A DNA stretch of 51,107 nt from Pseudomonadota bacterium (GCA_963204705.1 CAUJHL010000140.1:1-51107), one strand, 5' to 3'; counted from the first letter of the stretch, positions 20,980 to 31,373 are shown. The notes: generated by a model from the sequence alone, not told the origin. Numbers and translations are program-made.

Positions 20980-22443
20980 ATGACCATGACCTTTGCCGAA
21001 CTCCTGCCACTGGCACCGGTGCTGATCGTAGGAATGACGTCCGTGCTGGTAATGCTGTTGATTGCTGCCAAGCGCCATCATGACCTGACGGGGACCGTGT
21101 CTGTAGTGGGGCTGAACCTTGCCTTGCTCACCCTGATTTATCAGGTTATAGAGCCGCACCCGCCGGTACAAATGGTCACCAGCCTGTATATGGTGGACGG
21201 CTACGCCCAGTTTTATACCGGACTGGTACTGATTGCGACACTGGGGTGCTGCACGCTGTCCCATGCCTATATCGACAGTTTTAAGAACAATCGGGAAGAG
21301 CTTTACCTGATGCTGTTGTTTGCGGCGATGGGTGGCATGTTATTGCCAGCCTCCCAAAATCTGTCCTCGCTGTTTATTTCACTGGAATTACTCTCGGTGC
21401 CGACCTATGGTCTGTTGGCGTACACTCATGAGCGCAGCAAGTCACTGGAAGCCGGCATCAAGTATATGGTGCTATCGGCTGCGGCCTCGGCCAGCCTGCT
21501 GATGGGTATGGCATTCCTGTATGCCTATACTGGTACTCTGGATTTCAAACAACTGGGTATGACGATTTATACCCAGGGCCTGACCCAGCCACTGGCGGTA
21601 CTGGGCATTGCCCTGATAGTGATTGCACTGGCATTCAAGCTGTCGCTGGTGCCGTTTCATGCCTGGACGCCCGATGTCTATCAGGGCGCACCTGCACCGA
21701 TTGCGACGTTTTTGGCCACAGTGGGCAAGGTGGCTGTGTTTGCCCTGTTCCTGCGCTTTGTACTGATGTCTGCCGGACTGGCGATGGTTGGTCTGCAAGC
21801 GGTGCTGACAGGCATTGCCGTATTGTCCATACTGCTCGGGAATTTGCTGGCGCTGCGTCAGGTGAATCTCAAACGACTGCTGGGGTATTCCTCGATTGCG
21901 CACATTGGCTATGTGATGATCGCGGTGGTCTGTCTGGGCGTGGGTTCCTTGCCAGCAGTGGGGATTTATCTGGCGACCTATCTGCTGACCTCTCTGGCAG
22001 CGTTTGGCGCTGTCGCCCTGATGTCCAGTCCCTATGATGGCGATGAAGCAGAATCGCTGGCCGATTACCGTGGTCTGTTCTGGCGTCGTCCGGTGCTGAC
22101 GGCGGTTTTGACCGTGATGATGTTGTCTCTGGCAGGGGTGCCGTTAACTGCGGGCTTTATTGCCAAGTTCTTTGTTGTTTTGTCCGCTGTTCAGGCGACC
22201 AACTGGTTCCTTGCGGGTGTGGTGATTCTGGGTAGTGGTATAGGCCTGTATTTCTATTTGCGTGTGATGGTGGTCATGTACATGACGCCGCCGGATACGC
22301 CACGAATCGACGCACAGACCCACTGGGGAACGCGGGTCGGCGGTATCATGGTGTTGCTGATTACCTTGCTAGTGCTGTTGATCGGGATTTATCCTACACC
22401 TTTGATTGCGCTGGCCAGTCACGCCATGATTTTTACGGGCTAA
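20980..22443 (+). CDS. nuoN: NADH:quinone oxidoreductase subunit N
   Basis: 487-aa antiporter-like subunit (LVPFHAWTPDVYQGAPAPIATFL). It is the last gene of the operon. Confidence 0.95.
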   Translation: MTMTFAELLPLAPVLIVGMTSVLVMLLIAAKRHHDLTGTVSVVGLNLALLTLIYQVIEPHPPVQMVTSLYMVDGYAQFYTGLVLIATLGCCTLSHAYIDSFKNNREELYLMLLFAAMGGMLLPASQNLSSLFISLELLSVPTYGLLAYTHERSKSLEAGIKYMVLSAAASASLLMGMAFLYAYTGTLDFKQLGMTIYTQGLTQPLAVLGIALIVIALAFKLSLVPFHAWTPDVYQGAPAPIATFLATVGKVAVFALFLRFVLMSAGLAMVGLQAVLTGIAVLSILLGNLLALRQVNLKRLLGYSSIAHIGYVMIAVVCLGVGSLPAVGIYLATYLLTSLAAFGAVALMSSPYDGDEAESLADYRGLFWRRPVLTAVLTVMMLSLAGVPLTAGFIAKFFVVLSAVQATNWFLAGVVILGSGIGLYFYLRVMVVMYMTPPDTPRIDAQTHWGTRVGGIMVLLITLLVLLIGIYPTPLIALASHAMIFTG

Positions 22444-22495
22444 CGTGATGACGTGTTAGTGCTCGTACGAGTTAATACTACGAGCTGAACCATTT

Positions 22496-22545
22496 AAAAA
22501 CCCCCCTGTCATTGAGCAGAAATGAGCAATGACAGGGGGTTTTTT
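22496..22545. terminator. Strong, potentially bidirectional intrinsic terminator after nuoN
   Basis: 13-bp perfect stem ccccctgtcattg (22502-14) / caatgacaggggg (22527-39), flanked by an A-run upstream and a T-run downstream. It lies between convergent nuoN and the 368-aa minus-strand ORF. Confidence 0.9.
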
Positions 22546-22655
22546 ATGGGCAAACAGGGTGTGGAAAGCGTTCTGCACGCAAACGTGTCTCGCTAGATCG
22601 CCTTGCGATAGACTTCTACGGATCACCTTTCCAGATTGCCTTATAGGCCGCGTTA

Positions 22656-23762
22656 TCAGGGAATGAGCGTATCAGAGTTTTTCTGAGGGATATCTACTGC
22701 AGCCGTGGTATCTTGCGCTGGCTGGGCGACATGACTCTGGGCAATCTCAGTAAATTCAGAAGACTGGTAAAACGGTGCCAGTTGCCCGCGAATTAACTCG
22801 ATGAGCACGCCCGCTTCATCCAGACGTGCCAGTATGGGAGGAATAAAGCGCAGCAAATCTGTTTGCATGTGTGTTCGGTTCACACCGACTTCATCCAGTA
22901 ATTCCTGTAGCGTAAAGTCGTTGTATTGCTCAAAAAAGACATCCACTCCCGCTAGAATGCACTGTTGCAAGAACGGCTGTTTGCGTAATTGTCGCCAGTC
23001 CTCATATCCCAGTACTAAAAAATCTTCGACATCGTCTGCCGTTAACGCATCCCGCCAGCCCTGAAGGGGCATATGACTGACAGAATCCCAGATGGACTGG
23101 ACGAGTTCTTTTAAGTCTTCGCTATCGCGTTGTAGCAAGCTGACAAGATAATGATGCACCTGCTGGGAAATGATCTGGCTGAGACTATCAGCCAGGCGAT
23201 GTTCTTGCTGGGCGATGGTTTTGGCGAGCCGGCGGCTCAGTTCCGCCATGGTGCCATAACCCGACATTGAGGGAATTTTGTCGCGCCATTGCTGTAACTG
23301 CGGCTCCAGCAATAGCAGGATAGCTTGCTGGATAATTTCCGGAAACTCACGGCTGTGTTGCAGTTGCTGGGCGAGCTGAACACGAAAATGATCCATTTCC
23401 AGCAGTTTGTTGATCCAGTGATCAGTGCTGCGCCAGCTGATTAGCTGATCACCCAGCTCACTGTGCTGCACCAGTGCATGAATTCGGTGTGCAATCTGGC
23501 CGATCAGCTCCAGAATGCCAGCGCCGAGATTCAGATCAAAGGCATAGTCGCGAATCACCTGATGGATTTGTTCAGGCCGAACCATGTCTCCGAGAGTAAA
23601 GCGTTGGGCATTCGCCAGTGACAAATCCAGCAAACTGGTCAGGTAAATCGCCTGAGTCGGGCCGGTCAGGCGCTCGTGCCACCAGCGTGACTGCGCGTCC
23701 AACAGCTGTGAGGCCAGCGTGCTGGCTGGATGCGGGGAGGTCTGGTCTGCGTCCATGAGCAA
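22656..23762 (-). CDS. Hypothetical protein, 368 aa, Leu/Gln/Asp-rich, probably all-alpha, cytoplasmic
   Basis: A long ORF with a coding-like composition and no signal peptide, TM segment or catalytic motif that I recognise. It starts 66 bp downstream of nadE on the same strand. Confidence 0.6.
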   Translation of the reverse strand: MLMDADQTSPHPASTLASQLLDAQSRWWHERLTGPTQAIYLTSLLDLSLANAQRFTLGDMVRPEQIHQVIRDYAFDLNLGAGILELIGQIAHRIHALVQHSELGDQLISWRSTDHWINKLLEMDHFRVQLAQQLQHSREFPEIIQQAILLLLEPQLQQWRDKIPSMSGYGTMAELSRRLAKTIAQQEHRLADSLSQIISQQVHHYLVSLLQRDSEDLKELVQSIWDSVSHMPLQGWRDALTADDVEDFLVLGYEDWRQLRKQPFLQQCILAGVDVFFEQYNDFTLQELLDEVGVNRTHMQTDLLRFIPPILARLDEAGVLIELIRGQLAPFYQSSEFTEIAQSHVAQPAQDTTAAVDIPQKNSDTLIP

Positions 23763-23828
23763 CCTTCAGAAATTTAGTGTGTTGTTTTAACGGGAATTTG
23801 ACCGGAAATTGGCAAGAAAGTGGCCGGA

Positions 23829-25460
23829 CTAGATTCCTGGCTCCCAGCCGTTCACCAGCGGATAGCGCCGCTCACGACCAAAGGCTCGCTCGGTCATGCG
23901 TGGGCCAATGGCCGCCTGACGGCGTTTGTATTCATTACGGTCCACCATGCGAATGACCCGGCGCACAGTGCCTTCTGGAGCAAGACCTGTGGCCACAATG
24001 GCGGCCAGACTCTCATCGCGTTCAATGTAGGCTTCCAGTATGGCATCCAGGACTTCATAAGGCGGCAGTGAGTCCTGATCGGTCTGGTCAGGGCGTAATT
24101 CCGCAGACGGTGGCCGTTCAATCACCCGTTCAGGAATCACGGGGCTGGCTTCCAGTGTGTTCCGGTAGCGTGCCAATGCAAAGACTTGCGTTTTATAGAC
24201 ATCTTTCAGCACGTCAAACCCACCGGCCATATCACCATACAGAGTGGCATAACCAACGGCCATTTCGGATTTATTTCCGGTTGTCAGCACCAGATGGCCA
24301 AATTTATTCGACAAGGCCATGAGCAGCGTACCACGCGCGCGCGCTTGCAGATTTTCCTCAGTGGCATCTTGTGGCCGATCACCGAAAAATGGATGCAAGG
24401 CGTCCAAAAAACCCTGCACAATGCCATGAATCGGCGCTACATGAAAGGCAACGCCGAGCCGCTGAGCCTGTGCGGCAGCGTCCTCCACACTGATGGATGC
24501 GGTGTAATGATAGGGCATCATCACGGCATTCACCCGCTCAGCACCAAGCGCATCCACCGCAATGGCCAGCGATAGGGCAGAGTCAATACCACCCGATAAA
24601 CCGAGCACCACCCCTGGAAAGCCGGAATGATTCACGTAATCACGCACGCCCATCACCAGCGCCTGATAGGTCTCTGCCAAAAGAGTCAGTTCTGGCGGGC
24701 AGCGCTGGGGCGCGAAATCCCGCTGGGAGAGGTCAAATTCTGCTGTCAGCAGGGCTTCCTGAAAGCGGGGGGCAGCCGCACGAATCGAGCCATCTGCAGA
24801 CATCACCAGCGAGCCGCCATCAAACACCAGATCATCCTGAGCGCCGACACAATTCACATAGGCAATCGGTAAGTCACTCTCGGCACAGCGTGTGCGCAAG
24901 GTCTGAATGCGGTGCTGCTGTTTTTCCTGTTCAAACGGCGAGGCATTCAGCACCAGAATCAGCTCTGCACCCATGGCTTTAAGCTGGCGGGTGGGTTCGG
25001 CATGCCAGATGTCCTCGCAGATTTGCAGGCCAATGCGGGTGCCATGCAATTCAATCAGCAGCTGCTGCGGGCCGGGTTCAAAATACCGGCGCTCATCAAA
25101 CACACTGGAATTCGGCAAATTCTGCTTAAAGTAGCGCGCTCGAATTTCGCCATTCAGAATCACCGCTGCAGCGTTATAGCGTTTGCCAGTCGTCGAGTCG
25201 GTGTGTGGATAGCCGACGACCATCACGATGTCCCGCACCGCGAGCAAGGGTTCAAATGCCTGTTGTACCCGCTGGTCCAGACTGGGACGCAACACCAGAT
25301 CTTCGGGAGGATACCCACACAGGGCTAATTCTGGAAACGCAATCAGCTGAACGCCTTCGGACGCTGCCTGTGTGGCCAGTTGCGCCATGCGCTGTGCATT
25401 GTGCATCAGGTTTCCAATGCGATAGACATGCTGTGACAGGGCAATCACGAGGGAAGTCAT
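23829..25460 (-). CDS. nadE: Glutamine-dependent NAD+ synthetase (CN-hydrolase domain + NAD synthetase domain)
   Basis: N-terminal nitrilase-like domain (AFPELALCGYPPEDL, ICEDIWH). C-terminal ATP-PPase domain with the SGGIDS P-loop (VVLGLSGGIDSALS). Start placed at the internal ATG (cat 25458-25460, MTSLVIAL...). The 16 upstream codons of ORF 23829..25508 are optional. Confidence 0.93.
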   Translation of the reverse strand: MTSLVIALSQHVYRIGNLMHNAQRMAQLATQAASEGVQLIAFPELALCGYPPEDLVLRPSLDQRVQQAFEPLLAVRDIVMVVGYPHTDSTTGKRYNAAAVILNGEIRARYFKQNLPNSSVFDERRYFEPGPQQLLIELHGTRIGLQICEDIWHAEPTRQLKAMGAELILVLNASPFEQEKQQHRIQTLRTRCAESDLPIAYVNCVGAQDDLVFDGGSLVMSADGSIRAAAPRFQEALLTAEFDLSQRDFAPQRCPPELTLLAETYQALVMGVRDYVNHSGFPGVVLGLSGGIDSALSLAIAVDALGAERVNAVMMPYHYTASISVEDAAAQAQRLGVAFHVAPIHGIVQGFLDALHPFFGDRPQDATEENLQARARGTLLMALSNKFGHLVLTTGNKSEMAVGYATLYGDMAGGFDVLKDVYKTQVFALARYRNTLEASPVIPERVIERPPSAELRPDQTDQDSLPPYEVLDAILEAYIERDESLAAIVATGLAPEGTVRRVIRMVDRNEYKRRQAAIGPRMTERAFGRERRYPLVNGWEPGI

Positions 25461-25607
25461 GGCAGGCCAATTTCCTGTAACGGTAAAAACTAACATGAGA
25501 GGGAACAATCACTTGCTGACAGTGAGTACAGCAAGCGTTATCCGAAAAGCCACTTACGGCGGGAACTGATTTACACTGCAGGGTAAGCAGAAAAAAAGGC
25601 CATCACT

Positions 25608-25832
25608 GTGTTCAAACTGTTGATCATTACGCTGATCGTGGTGTATCTGATGCGCTCGTTCTGGCGTCTGATGTACCCGAGTCTGCCTCCCGGCTTGGAG
25701 CCAGGCAAGCCACGCGAAATCCCGCTAAAGGCCTGTGAATATTGCGGCATTCTTGTAGCGGAAAACAAGGGCATTCACCGCCGTGGGCACTTTTTTTGTC
25801 AGGCGGATCACGCCGATCGCTACTATGCCTAA
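25608..25832 (+). CDS. Small membrane-anchored zinc-ribbon protein (resembles the PP0621 family)
   Basis: GTG start. 74 aa with an N-terminal TM helix (FKLLIITLIVVYLM) and a C-terminal CEYCG-x17-FCQADH metal-binding pattern. Family assignment is from memory of the PP0621-type architecture. Confidence 0.6.
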   Translation: MFKLLIITLIVVYLMRSFWRLMYPSLPPGLEPGKPREIPLKACEYCGILVAENKGIHRRGHFFCQADHADRYYA

Positions 25833-26388
25833 ATCTGTGCCCAAACCAGTGCCTGAATTAGCGCCTAAACCGCAACCAGCCACTCAGCCCAATCGCCTTA
25901 TAACGACTGACTGGAATCGCTGGCAACGCTGGCTGTTGCGGATTCGGCAGGAGCGGGGCCTGACGGCAGGCGAAAGGGGCTTGGCTCAAAGTGTGTTTGG
26001 AGAGGCAATGGAATATGAGCGTGTCAGGCTGATTGCCTCAGACTGGCTGTGGCAACGCCATGCATTGGCTCCCAATGGCAAAGTGTATTTTCATCCCAAT
26101 GATTTTTCGGATGATTTTAGTAGTGAGCGGCTGGAGATCCAGGGCTGGCTGATCCATGAACTGACGCATGTCTGGCAGTTTCAGCAGGGGATGGCGGTGG
26201 CGCGCCGCGCGCTGGTCGATCGGCGGTATGCCTATGTGCTGGAACAGGGTAAAACCTTTCTGCAGTACGGTATTGAGCAACAGGCGCAAATGGTGCAGGA
26301 CTGGTTTCTGGCGCGAGAGCGGGGTGAGGAGTGTGGAAAGTGGGCCTGTGTGCCGTTTTTCAGAGTCAAATCAACGCATATCGTATAA
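25825..26388 (+). CDS. HExxH-motif protein (family often labelled 'vgr related protein'), putative zinc-dependent hydrolase
   Basis: Internal ATG at 25825 overlaps the preceding stop (ATGCCTAA). It contains GLTAGERGLAQSVFGEAMEYERVRL...WLIHELTHVWQFQQG...YGIEQQAQMVQDWF, matching my recollection of small HE(M/L)THVWQ proteins. The N-terminus is a Pro/Lys-rich low-complexity tract. Confidence 0.6.
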   Translation: MPKSVPKPVPELAPKPQPATQPNRLITTDWNRWQRWLLRIRQERGLTAGERGLAQSVFGEAMEYERVRLIASDWLWQRHALAPNGKVYFHPNDFSDDFSSERLEIQGWLIHELTHVWQFQQGMAVARRALVDRRYAYVLEQGKTFLQYGIEQQAQMVQDWFLARERGEECGKWACVPFFRVKSTHIV

Positions 26389-26711
26389 GTTTCTATCAAC
26401 CAGCATTTTAATGCTGCCTTGACGAAAGAAAATATAGGCTGTTGGTCTATAAGAGTAGCTGTAAGAATAGTTTCGGCAGGTCAAGCCTTTACCATTACTA
26501 AAGACCATGACGCAGTCAGAATCACATCCTTCAAAAGCACTCCCTTACTTACCATCACCATCAACCCATTTTTCAATGGTTAAGGCATCAATAAGTGTGT
26601 ATCCGAGCAAGCGTTAGAGCTGATAATCTGAAATGGATGCTTTGGCTTGAAGAATGGGTGCAGTCACTAAAAAAATTAAAAAATTTTTTAGTTGTGGGTT
26701 CTCCCATCATT

Positions 26712-26738
26712 AAAAAAACCGCCCCCTAAGGAGCGGCT
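26712..26738 (-). terminator. Rho-independent terminator after gltA
   Basis: The minus strand reads ccgctcc-ttag-ggggcgg followed by TTTTTTT, 25 bp after the gltA stop. Confidence 0.8.
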
Positions 26739-26763
26739 CTCGAAACATCTATCGCGTGAAGAC

Positions 26764-28050
26764 TTAGCGCTTGTCCACCGCGACAAAGTCACGCTGCGCT
26801 GGGCCAGTGTAGAGCTGGCGTGGGCGAGCGATCTTGTAAGGGGCAGAGTGCATTTCCAGCCAGTGGCTGATCCAGCCCACAGTACGTGCCAGGGCAAAAA
26901 TTACCGTAAACATGCTGGTCGGAATACCAATCGCTTTCAGGATGATGCCTGAATAGAAATCGACGTTCGGATACAGTTTGCGCTCGATAAAGTACGGATC
27001 GGACAGGGCAATTTTTTCCAGTTCCATCGCAAGAGCCAGTTGTGGGTCATTGATGCCCAGCGCTTCCAGCACTTCGTCGCAGGTCTGTTTCATCACTTTG
27101 GCGCGAGGGTCAAAGTTCTTATAGACACGGTGACCAAAGCCCATCAGTTTGACTTCTTTGGTTTTGACCTTTTCCATAAACGGCGCAACGTTTTCAATGG
27201 TGCCGATTTCGTCGAGCATTTTCAGCACGGCTTCGTTGGCACCACCATGCGCTGGTCCCCACAGGGCAGCGATACCGGCAGCGATACAGGCATAAGGGTT
27301 GGCGCCGGTTGAGCCCGCCATACGGACGGTAGACGTCGAGGCGTTTTGCTCATGATCCGCATGCAGGGTAAAGATACGATCCATGGCTTTGGCCAGAATC
27401 GGGTTGACTTTGTAATCACGGTCAGCCGGAGTAGCAAACATCATGTGCAGGAAGTTTTCTGCATAATCCAGATCATTGCGTGGATACATGAAGGGCTGGC
27501 CAACGGTGTATTTGTAGCTCATCGCGGCGATGGTCGGGATCTTAGCGATCAGACGAATAGCGGTAATTTCGCGGTGTTTCGGGTCTGCCACATCAAGACC
27601 ATCGTGGTAAAACGCCGACAGGGCACCGACCACGCCACACATCACCGCCATTGGGTGAGCATCACGGCGGAAGCCTTCGAAAAACTTCCGCAACTGGTCG
27701 TGCACCATGGTGTGATTCATCACCAGGGCATCAAATTCTTTCTTTTGAGCGGCAGTCGGCAGCTCGCCATTCAGCAGCAGGTAGCAGACTTCGAGGTAAT
27801 CGGCTTTTTCAGCCAGTTGGGCAATCGGATAGCCGCGATGCAGCAGTACGCCCTTGTCACCATCGATAAAAGTGATTTTGGATTCACAGCTGGACGTCGC
27901 CATAAAACCCGGATCAAAGGTAAAGTAGTCCTGTGCCAAAACATCTTTGACATCAATCACATCCGGACCCAGTGTGCCGCTGTAGATTGGCAGCTCAATG
28001 TTTTTGTCGTTCAGCGTAAGAACGGCTTTCTTTCCAGTCGTGCCAGACAT
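26764..28050 (-). CDS. gltA: Citrate synthase (type II, hexameric class)
   Basis: 428 aa with [14 protein letters not shown] and [14 protein letters not shown] catalytic motifs. It is divergent from sdhC as in E. coli and Pseudomonas. Confidence 0.97.
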   Translation of the reverse strand: MSGTTGKKAVLTLNDKNIELPIYSGTLGPDVIDVKDVLAQDYFTFDPGFMATSSCESKITFIDGDKGVLLHRGYPIAQLAEKADYLEVCYLLLNGELPTAAQKKEFDALVMNHTMVHDQLRKFFEGFRRDAHPMAVMCGVVGALSAFYHDGLDVADPKHREITAIRLIAKIPTIAAMSYKYTVGQPFMYPRNDLDYAENFLHMMFATPADRDYKVNPILAKAMDRIFTLHADHEQNASTSTVRMAGSTGANPYACIAAGIAALWGPAHGGANEAVLKMLDEIGTIENVAPFMEKVKTKEVKLMGFGHRVYKNFDPRAKVMKQTCDEVLEALGINDPQLALAMELEKIALSDPYFIERKLYPNVDFYSGIILKAIGIPTSMFTVIFALARTVGWISHWLEMHSAPYKIARPRQLYTGPAQRDFVAVDKR

Positions 28051-28743
28051 GTATGAAACTCTCCGGAGTGATAGAGGAGGACAGTGAGTGTGAGTCTGTA
28101 AGAACGGCGATTGCGCGTGCCCAGCTCAGGCCCCTGAAAAACCGTGATAGCTTAGTAGTTGTCGTGATTTTGTCAATCACTTGCCACTGGTCTACAGAGT
28201 TTATTCATAAATTGCGGGCGACTCAGCGTAAATTTGCGAGATAGAGCCACACGGGCGAAACACCACTGACAGTCATTACGTAACGCACACAACGGTTGCA
28301 TGTAGTGGGATTACAGGCTCGTTAAGCTTAAAGGGCGTAAATGGACTGTAGCAGAGCTTGTGAGTCAAGGCATGTAGGGGCAATCGGACTTGTATGGCCT
28401 GACATGACAAAATTGTCTCAGGGTGTTTCAAAGCCCATGACTTATTCAAGTACTATGGCTATGACTCGTTTAGGATTAGCTTAGGACTGGTTTACGGGGA
28501 AAATGGACTGCGTAAAATTGCGGCAGCCCGTCGTTCGCTGGGCACCCTTTTGGGGCGCTCGCTGACAATACAAGGAAGTCCAAGCAAGTCATTTGTAATT
28601 AAGCCCCTTTCTATTTATACTTTTTAGCCGTTTGAAAGGGTGTGAGCCGGATGGTTTTCGGAGCACATTGTTTCTTTGTCAGCACAGCGTGTTGTCAAAA
28701 CTGCTATTTCTTATCTGAACCTGCAAAAGGTTAAACCTACAGG

Positions 28744-29145
28744 ATGCCCGCTGTGAAAAACAACAGACCGGTCAATTTGTCCATGGGTCAGGTGCTGAGT
28801 GTCAACCTCAAGTCGCCTGTGGCAATCGCCTCGATTCTGCACCGTGTGTCCGGGATCATTATCTTTCTTCTGATTCCGGTGCTGCTCTGGCTGCTTCAGG
28901 GCTCGCTGGCCTCTCCCGAAAGCTTTGCCCACATTCGTAATGATGTCTTTGGCAATCTGCTGGTGCGCCTTGTCGTATGGGCGTTTGTGGCCGGACTGAT
29001 TTATCACTTTATCGTCGGCGTAAAACACTTGCTGGCCGATGTCGGTGTGGCAGAAGAGCTGCAAAGTGGTCGTACCGCAGCCACGATTGCCCTGATCCTA
29101 TCGGCAGTCGGTATCCTCGCGTCCTTTGTCTGGGTGGTGCTGTAA
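28744..29145 (+). CDS. sdhC: Succinate dehydrogenase cytochrome b556 subunit
   Basis: 133 aa. NRPVNL...AIASILHRVSGIIIF matches remembered E. coli SdhC (QRPVNL...AIASILHRVSGV). Confidence 0.93.
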   Translation: MPAVKNNRPVNLSMGQVLSVNLKSPVAIASILHRVSGIIIFLLIPVLLWLLQGSLASPESFAHIRNDVFGNLLVRLVVWAFVAGLIYHFIVGVKHLLADVGVAEELQSGRTAATIALILSAVGILASFVWVVL

Positions 29146-29507
29146 TGAAAAGTGCAACAGGATTAACCGGTTCCGGTTCGCGTGACTGGGCGGTACAGCG
29201 TATTAGCGCGATCGTGCTGGCCTTGTACACCGTTGTCGTACTGGGCTGGATTGCCACGCACAGTGGTTTTGGATACGAGCAGTGGTACGGCTTTATGATG
29301 ACCCTGCCGATGCGACTGTTCAGTTTGCTGGCGGTGGTGTCACTGGCAGGTCATGCCTGGGTGGGATTGTGGACGGTACTGACCGATTACGTCACGGTAC
29401 GTCAAATGGGTGCGGGAGCCAATGGCCTGCGGCTGGTGCTGCAGTCGGCCATGGTCATTGCCGTGATTGTGTTTACTGTCTGGGCCCTCCAGATTTTCTG
29501 GCATTGA
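29145..29507 (+). CDS. sdhD: Succinate dehydrogenase hydrophobic membrane anchor subunit
   Basis: Internal ATG at 29145 (TAATG overlap with the sdhC stop) gives a 120-aa 3-TM protein (GSRDWAVQRISAIVLALY...). The longer ORF from 28977 overlaps sdhC and is Arg-rich non-coding-like. Confidence 0.9.
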   Translation: MKSATGLTGSGSRDWAVQRISAIVLALYTVVVLGWIATHSGFGYEQWYGFMMTLPMRLFSLLAVVSLAGHAWVGLWTVLTDYVTVRQMGAGANGLRLVLQSAMVIAVIVFTVWALQIFWH

Positions 29508-29533
29508 ACCCAACCCCGAATTAGGAATTTGTC

Positions 29534-31357
29534 ATGGCTGTTTTGTCCAAAGATGACATGAGCAATATCAAAACGCTCAATTTCGACGCTGTTATTGTCG
29601 GTGGCGGTGGTTCAGGCATGCGTGCCTCCCTGCAACTGGCGCGTGCCGGCCTGAAAGTGGCGGTACTGACCAAAGTTTTCCCTACCCGTTCGCACACGGT
29701 CGCTGCCCAGGGTGGTATCGGTGCCAGTCTGGGCAACATGGGTGAAGACAACTGGCATTATCATTTCTATGACACTGTAAAAGGCTCTGACTGGCTCGGT
29801 GATCAGGATGCCATTGAGTTCATGTGCCGTGAAGCACCCAAGATGGTGTATGAACTGGAACACATGGGCATGCCCTTTGACCGTAATGCGGACGGTACAA
29901 TTTATCAGCGGCCGTTTGGTGGTCACAGTGCCAATTACGGCGAAAAAGCGGTTCCGCGTGCGTGTGCGGCGGCTGACCGGACTGGTCATGCGCTGCTGCA
30001 TACCCTGTACCAGAAAAATCTGGAGCTGGGCACGCAGTTCTTTGTGGAATGGATCGCGCTCGATCTGATTCGCAATGCCGATGGCGATGTGCTGGGTGTT
30101 ACCGCGATTGATCAGGAAACCGGAACGATTGGCGTGTTTCAGGCTAAAACCACCCTGTTTGCGACGGGTGGTGCCGGTCGTATTTACGCTGCTTCGACCA
30201 ATGCCTACATTAATACCGGTGATGGACTGGGCATGGCGGCACGTGCGGGCATTCCACTGCAGGACATGGAATTCTGGCAATTCCACCCAACGGGTGTGGC
30301 CGGTGCTGGCGTGCTACTGACGGAAGGTTGCCGGGGTGAAGGCGGTGTGCTGCGCAACTGCAATGGCGAGCCCTTCATGGAACGCTATGCGCCAACCCTG
30401 AAAGACCTTGCGCCGCGTGACTTTGTATCGCGCTCAATGGATCAGGAAATCAAGGAAGGCCGTGGCTGTGGTCCCAACAAGGACTACGTGGTACTCGATC
30501 TGACGCACCTTGGCGCTGAAACCATCATGAAGCGGCTGCCGTCGGTGTATGAAATTGGCAAGAAATTCGCCAACGTCGATTGCACAAAAGAGCCGATTCC
30601 GGTGGTGCCGACGATTCACTACCAAATGGGCGGTATCCCGACCAACATTCATGGTCAGGTCGTTGCGCCTAAAGGCGATAACCCGAATGTTGTCGTCAAG
30701 GGTTTCTACGCGATTGGTGAATGTTCCTGCGTGAGTGTGCATGGGGCAAACCGTCTGGGCACCAACTCACTGCTGGATCTGGTGGTGTTTGGCAAGGCAG
30801 CGGGTGATCACATCATCGAAACCGTGCGTAACAGCAACAGCGACTATCAGCCACTGCCAGCTGGGGTGCTTGAGCAAACCATGGCGCGCGTAAACGCCCT
30901 GCAAAACACTCAGGCCGGTGAAAATGCCCAGGATGTCGCGGATGAAATCCGTCGGGTCATGCAGCAGCATGCCGGGGTGTTCCGTACGCAGAGCGTGATG
31001 GATGAAGGCGTTAAGAAAATTCTGGCGCTGGCTCCGCGGGTGAAAAACATTCACCTTAAAGACAAATCACAAGTCTTTAACACTGCCCGTATCGAAGCGC
31101 TGGAAGTCGAAAACCTGTTTGAAGTCGCCAAGGCCACCATGATCTCCGCGGCGGCTCGCCGTGAGTGCCGTGGTGCGCATACGGTGGTGGATTATGAGCG
31201 TCCCGCTAATGATCCCGTGCATCCGAATGGCCGTAACGACGAAGAGTGGATGAAGCACACGCTGTGGTATTCCGTCGATAACCGTCTGGAATACAAGCCA
31301 GTCCGTACCAAACCGCTGACCGTGGACACCGTGCCACCCAAAGCCCGTACATTCTAA
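29534..31357 (+). CDS. sdhA: Succinate dehydrogenase flavoprotein subunit
   Basis: 607 aa with [15 protein letters not shown] dinucleotide fold, the FAD-attachment region [10 protein letters not shown] and [18 protein letters not shown]. Confidence 0.97.
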   Translation: MAVLSKDDMSNIKTLNFDAVIVGGGGSGMRASLQLARAGLKVAVLTKVFPTRSHTVAAQGGIGASLGNMGEDNWHYHFYDTVKGSDWLGDQDAIEFMCREAPKMVYELEHMGMPFDRNADGTIYQRPFGGHSANYGEKAVPRACAAADRTGHALLHTLYQKNLELGTQFFVEWIALDLIRNADGDVLGVTAIDQETGTIGVFQAKTTLFATGGAGRIYAASTNAYINTGDGLGMAARAGIPLQDMEFWQFHPTGVAGAGVLLTEGCRGEGGVLRNCNGEPFMERYAPTLKDLAPRDFVSRSMDQEIKEGRGCGPNKDYVVLDLTHLGAETIMKRLPSVYEIGKKFANVDCTKEPIPVVPTIHYQMGGIPTNIHGQVVAPKGDNPNVVVKGFYAIGECSCVSVHGANRLGTNSLLDLVVFGKAAGDHIIETVRNSNSDYQPLPAGVLEQTMARVNALQNTQAGENAQDVADEIRRVMQQHAGVFRTQSVMDEGVKKILALAPRVKNIHLKDKSQVFNTARIEALEVENLFEVAKATMISAAARRECRGAHTVVDYERPANDPVHPNGRNDEEWMKHTLWYSVDNRLEYKPVRTKPLTVDTVPPKARTF

Positions 31358-31373
31358 GGCGGGGAGAGCAAAC

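Noticed and set aside
26389-26711. Possible PIN/VapC-like toxin remnant on the minus strand of the AT-rich spacer
   Set aside because: There is only a vague resemblance over about 20 residues, interrupted by stops and frameshifts. This cannot be supported without a translated search, so it is kept only as a low-interest note.
28977-29144. Long version of the sdhD ORF starting inside sdhC
   Set aside because: It overlaps sdhC by 168 nt in another frame with an Arg/Cys-rich translation. The ATG at 29145 gives a normal-length SdhD and a TAATG junction.
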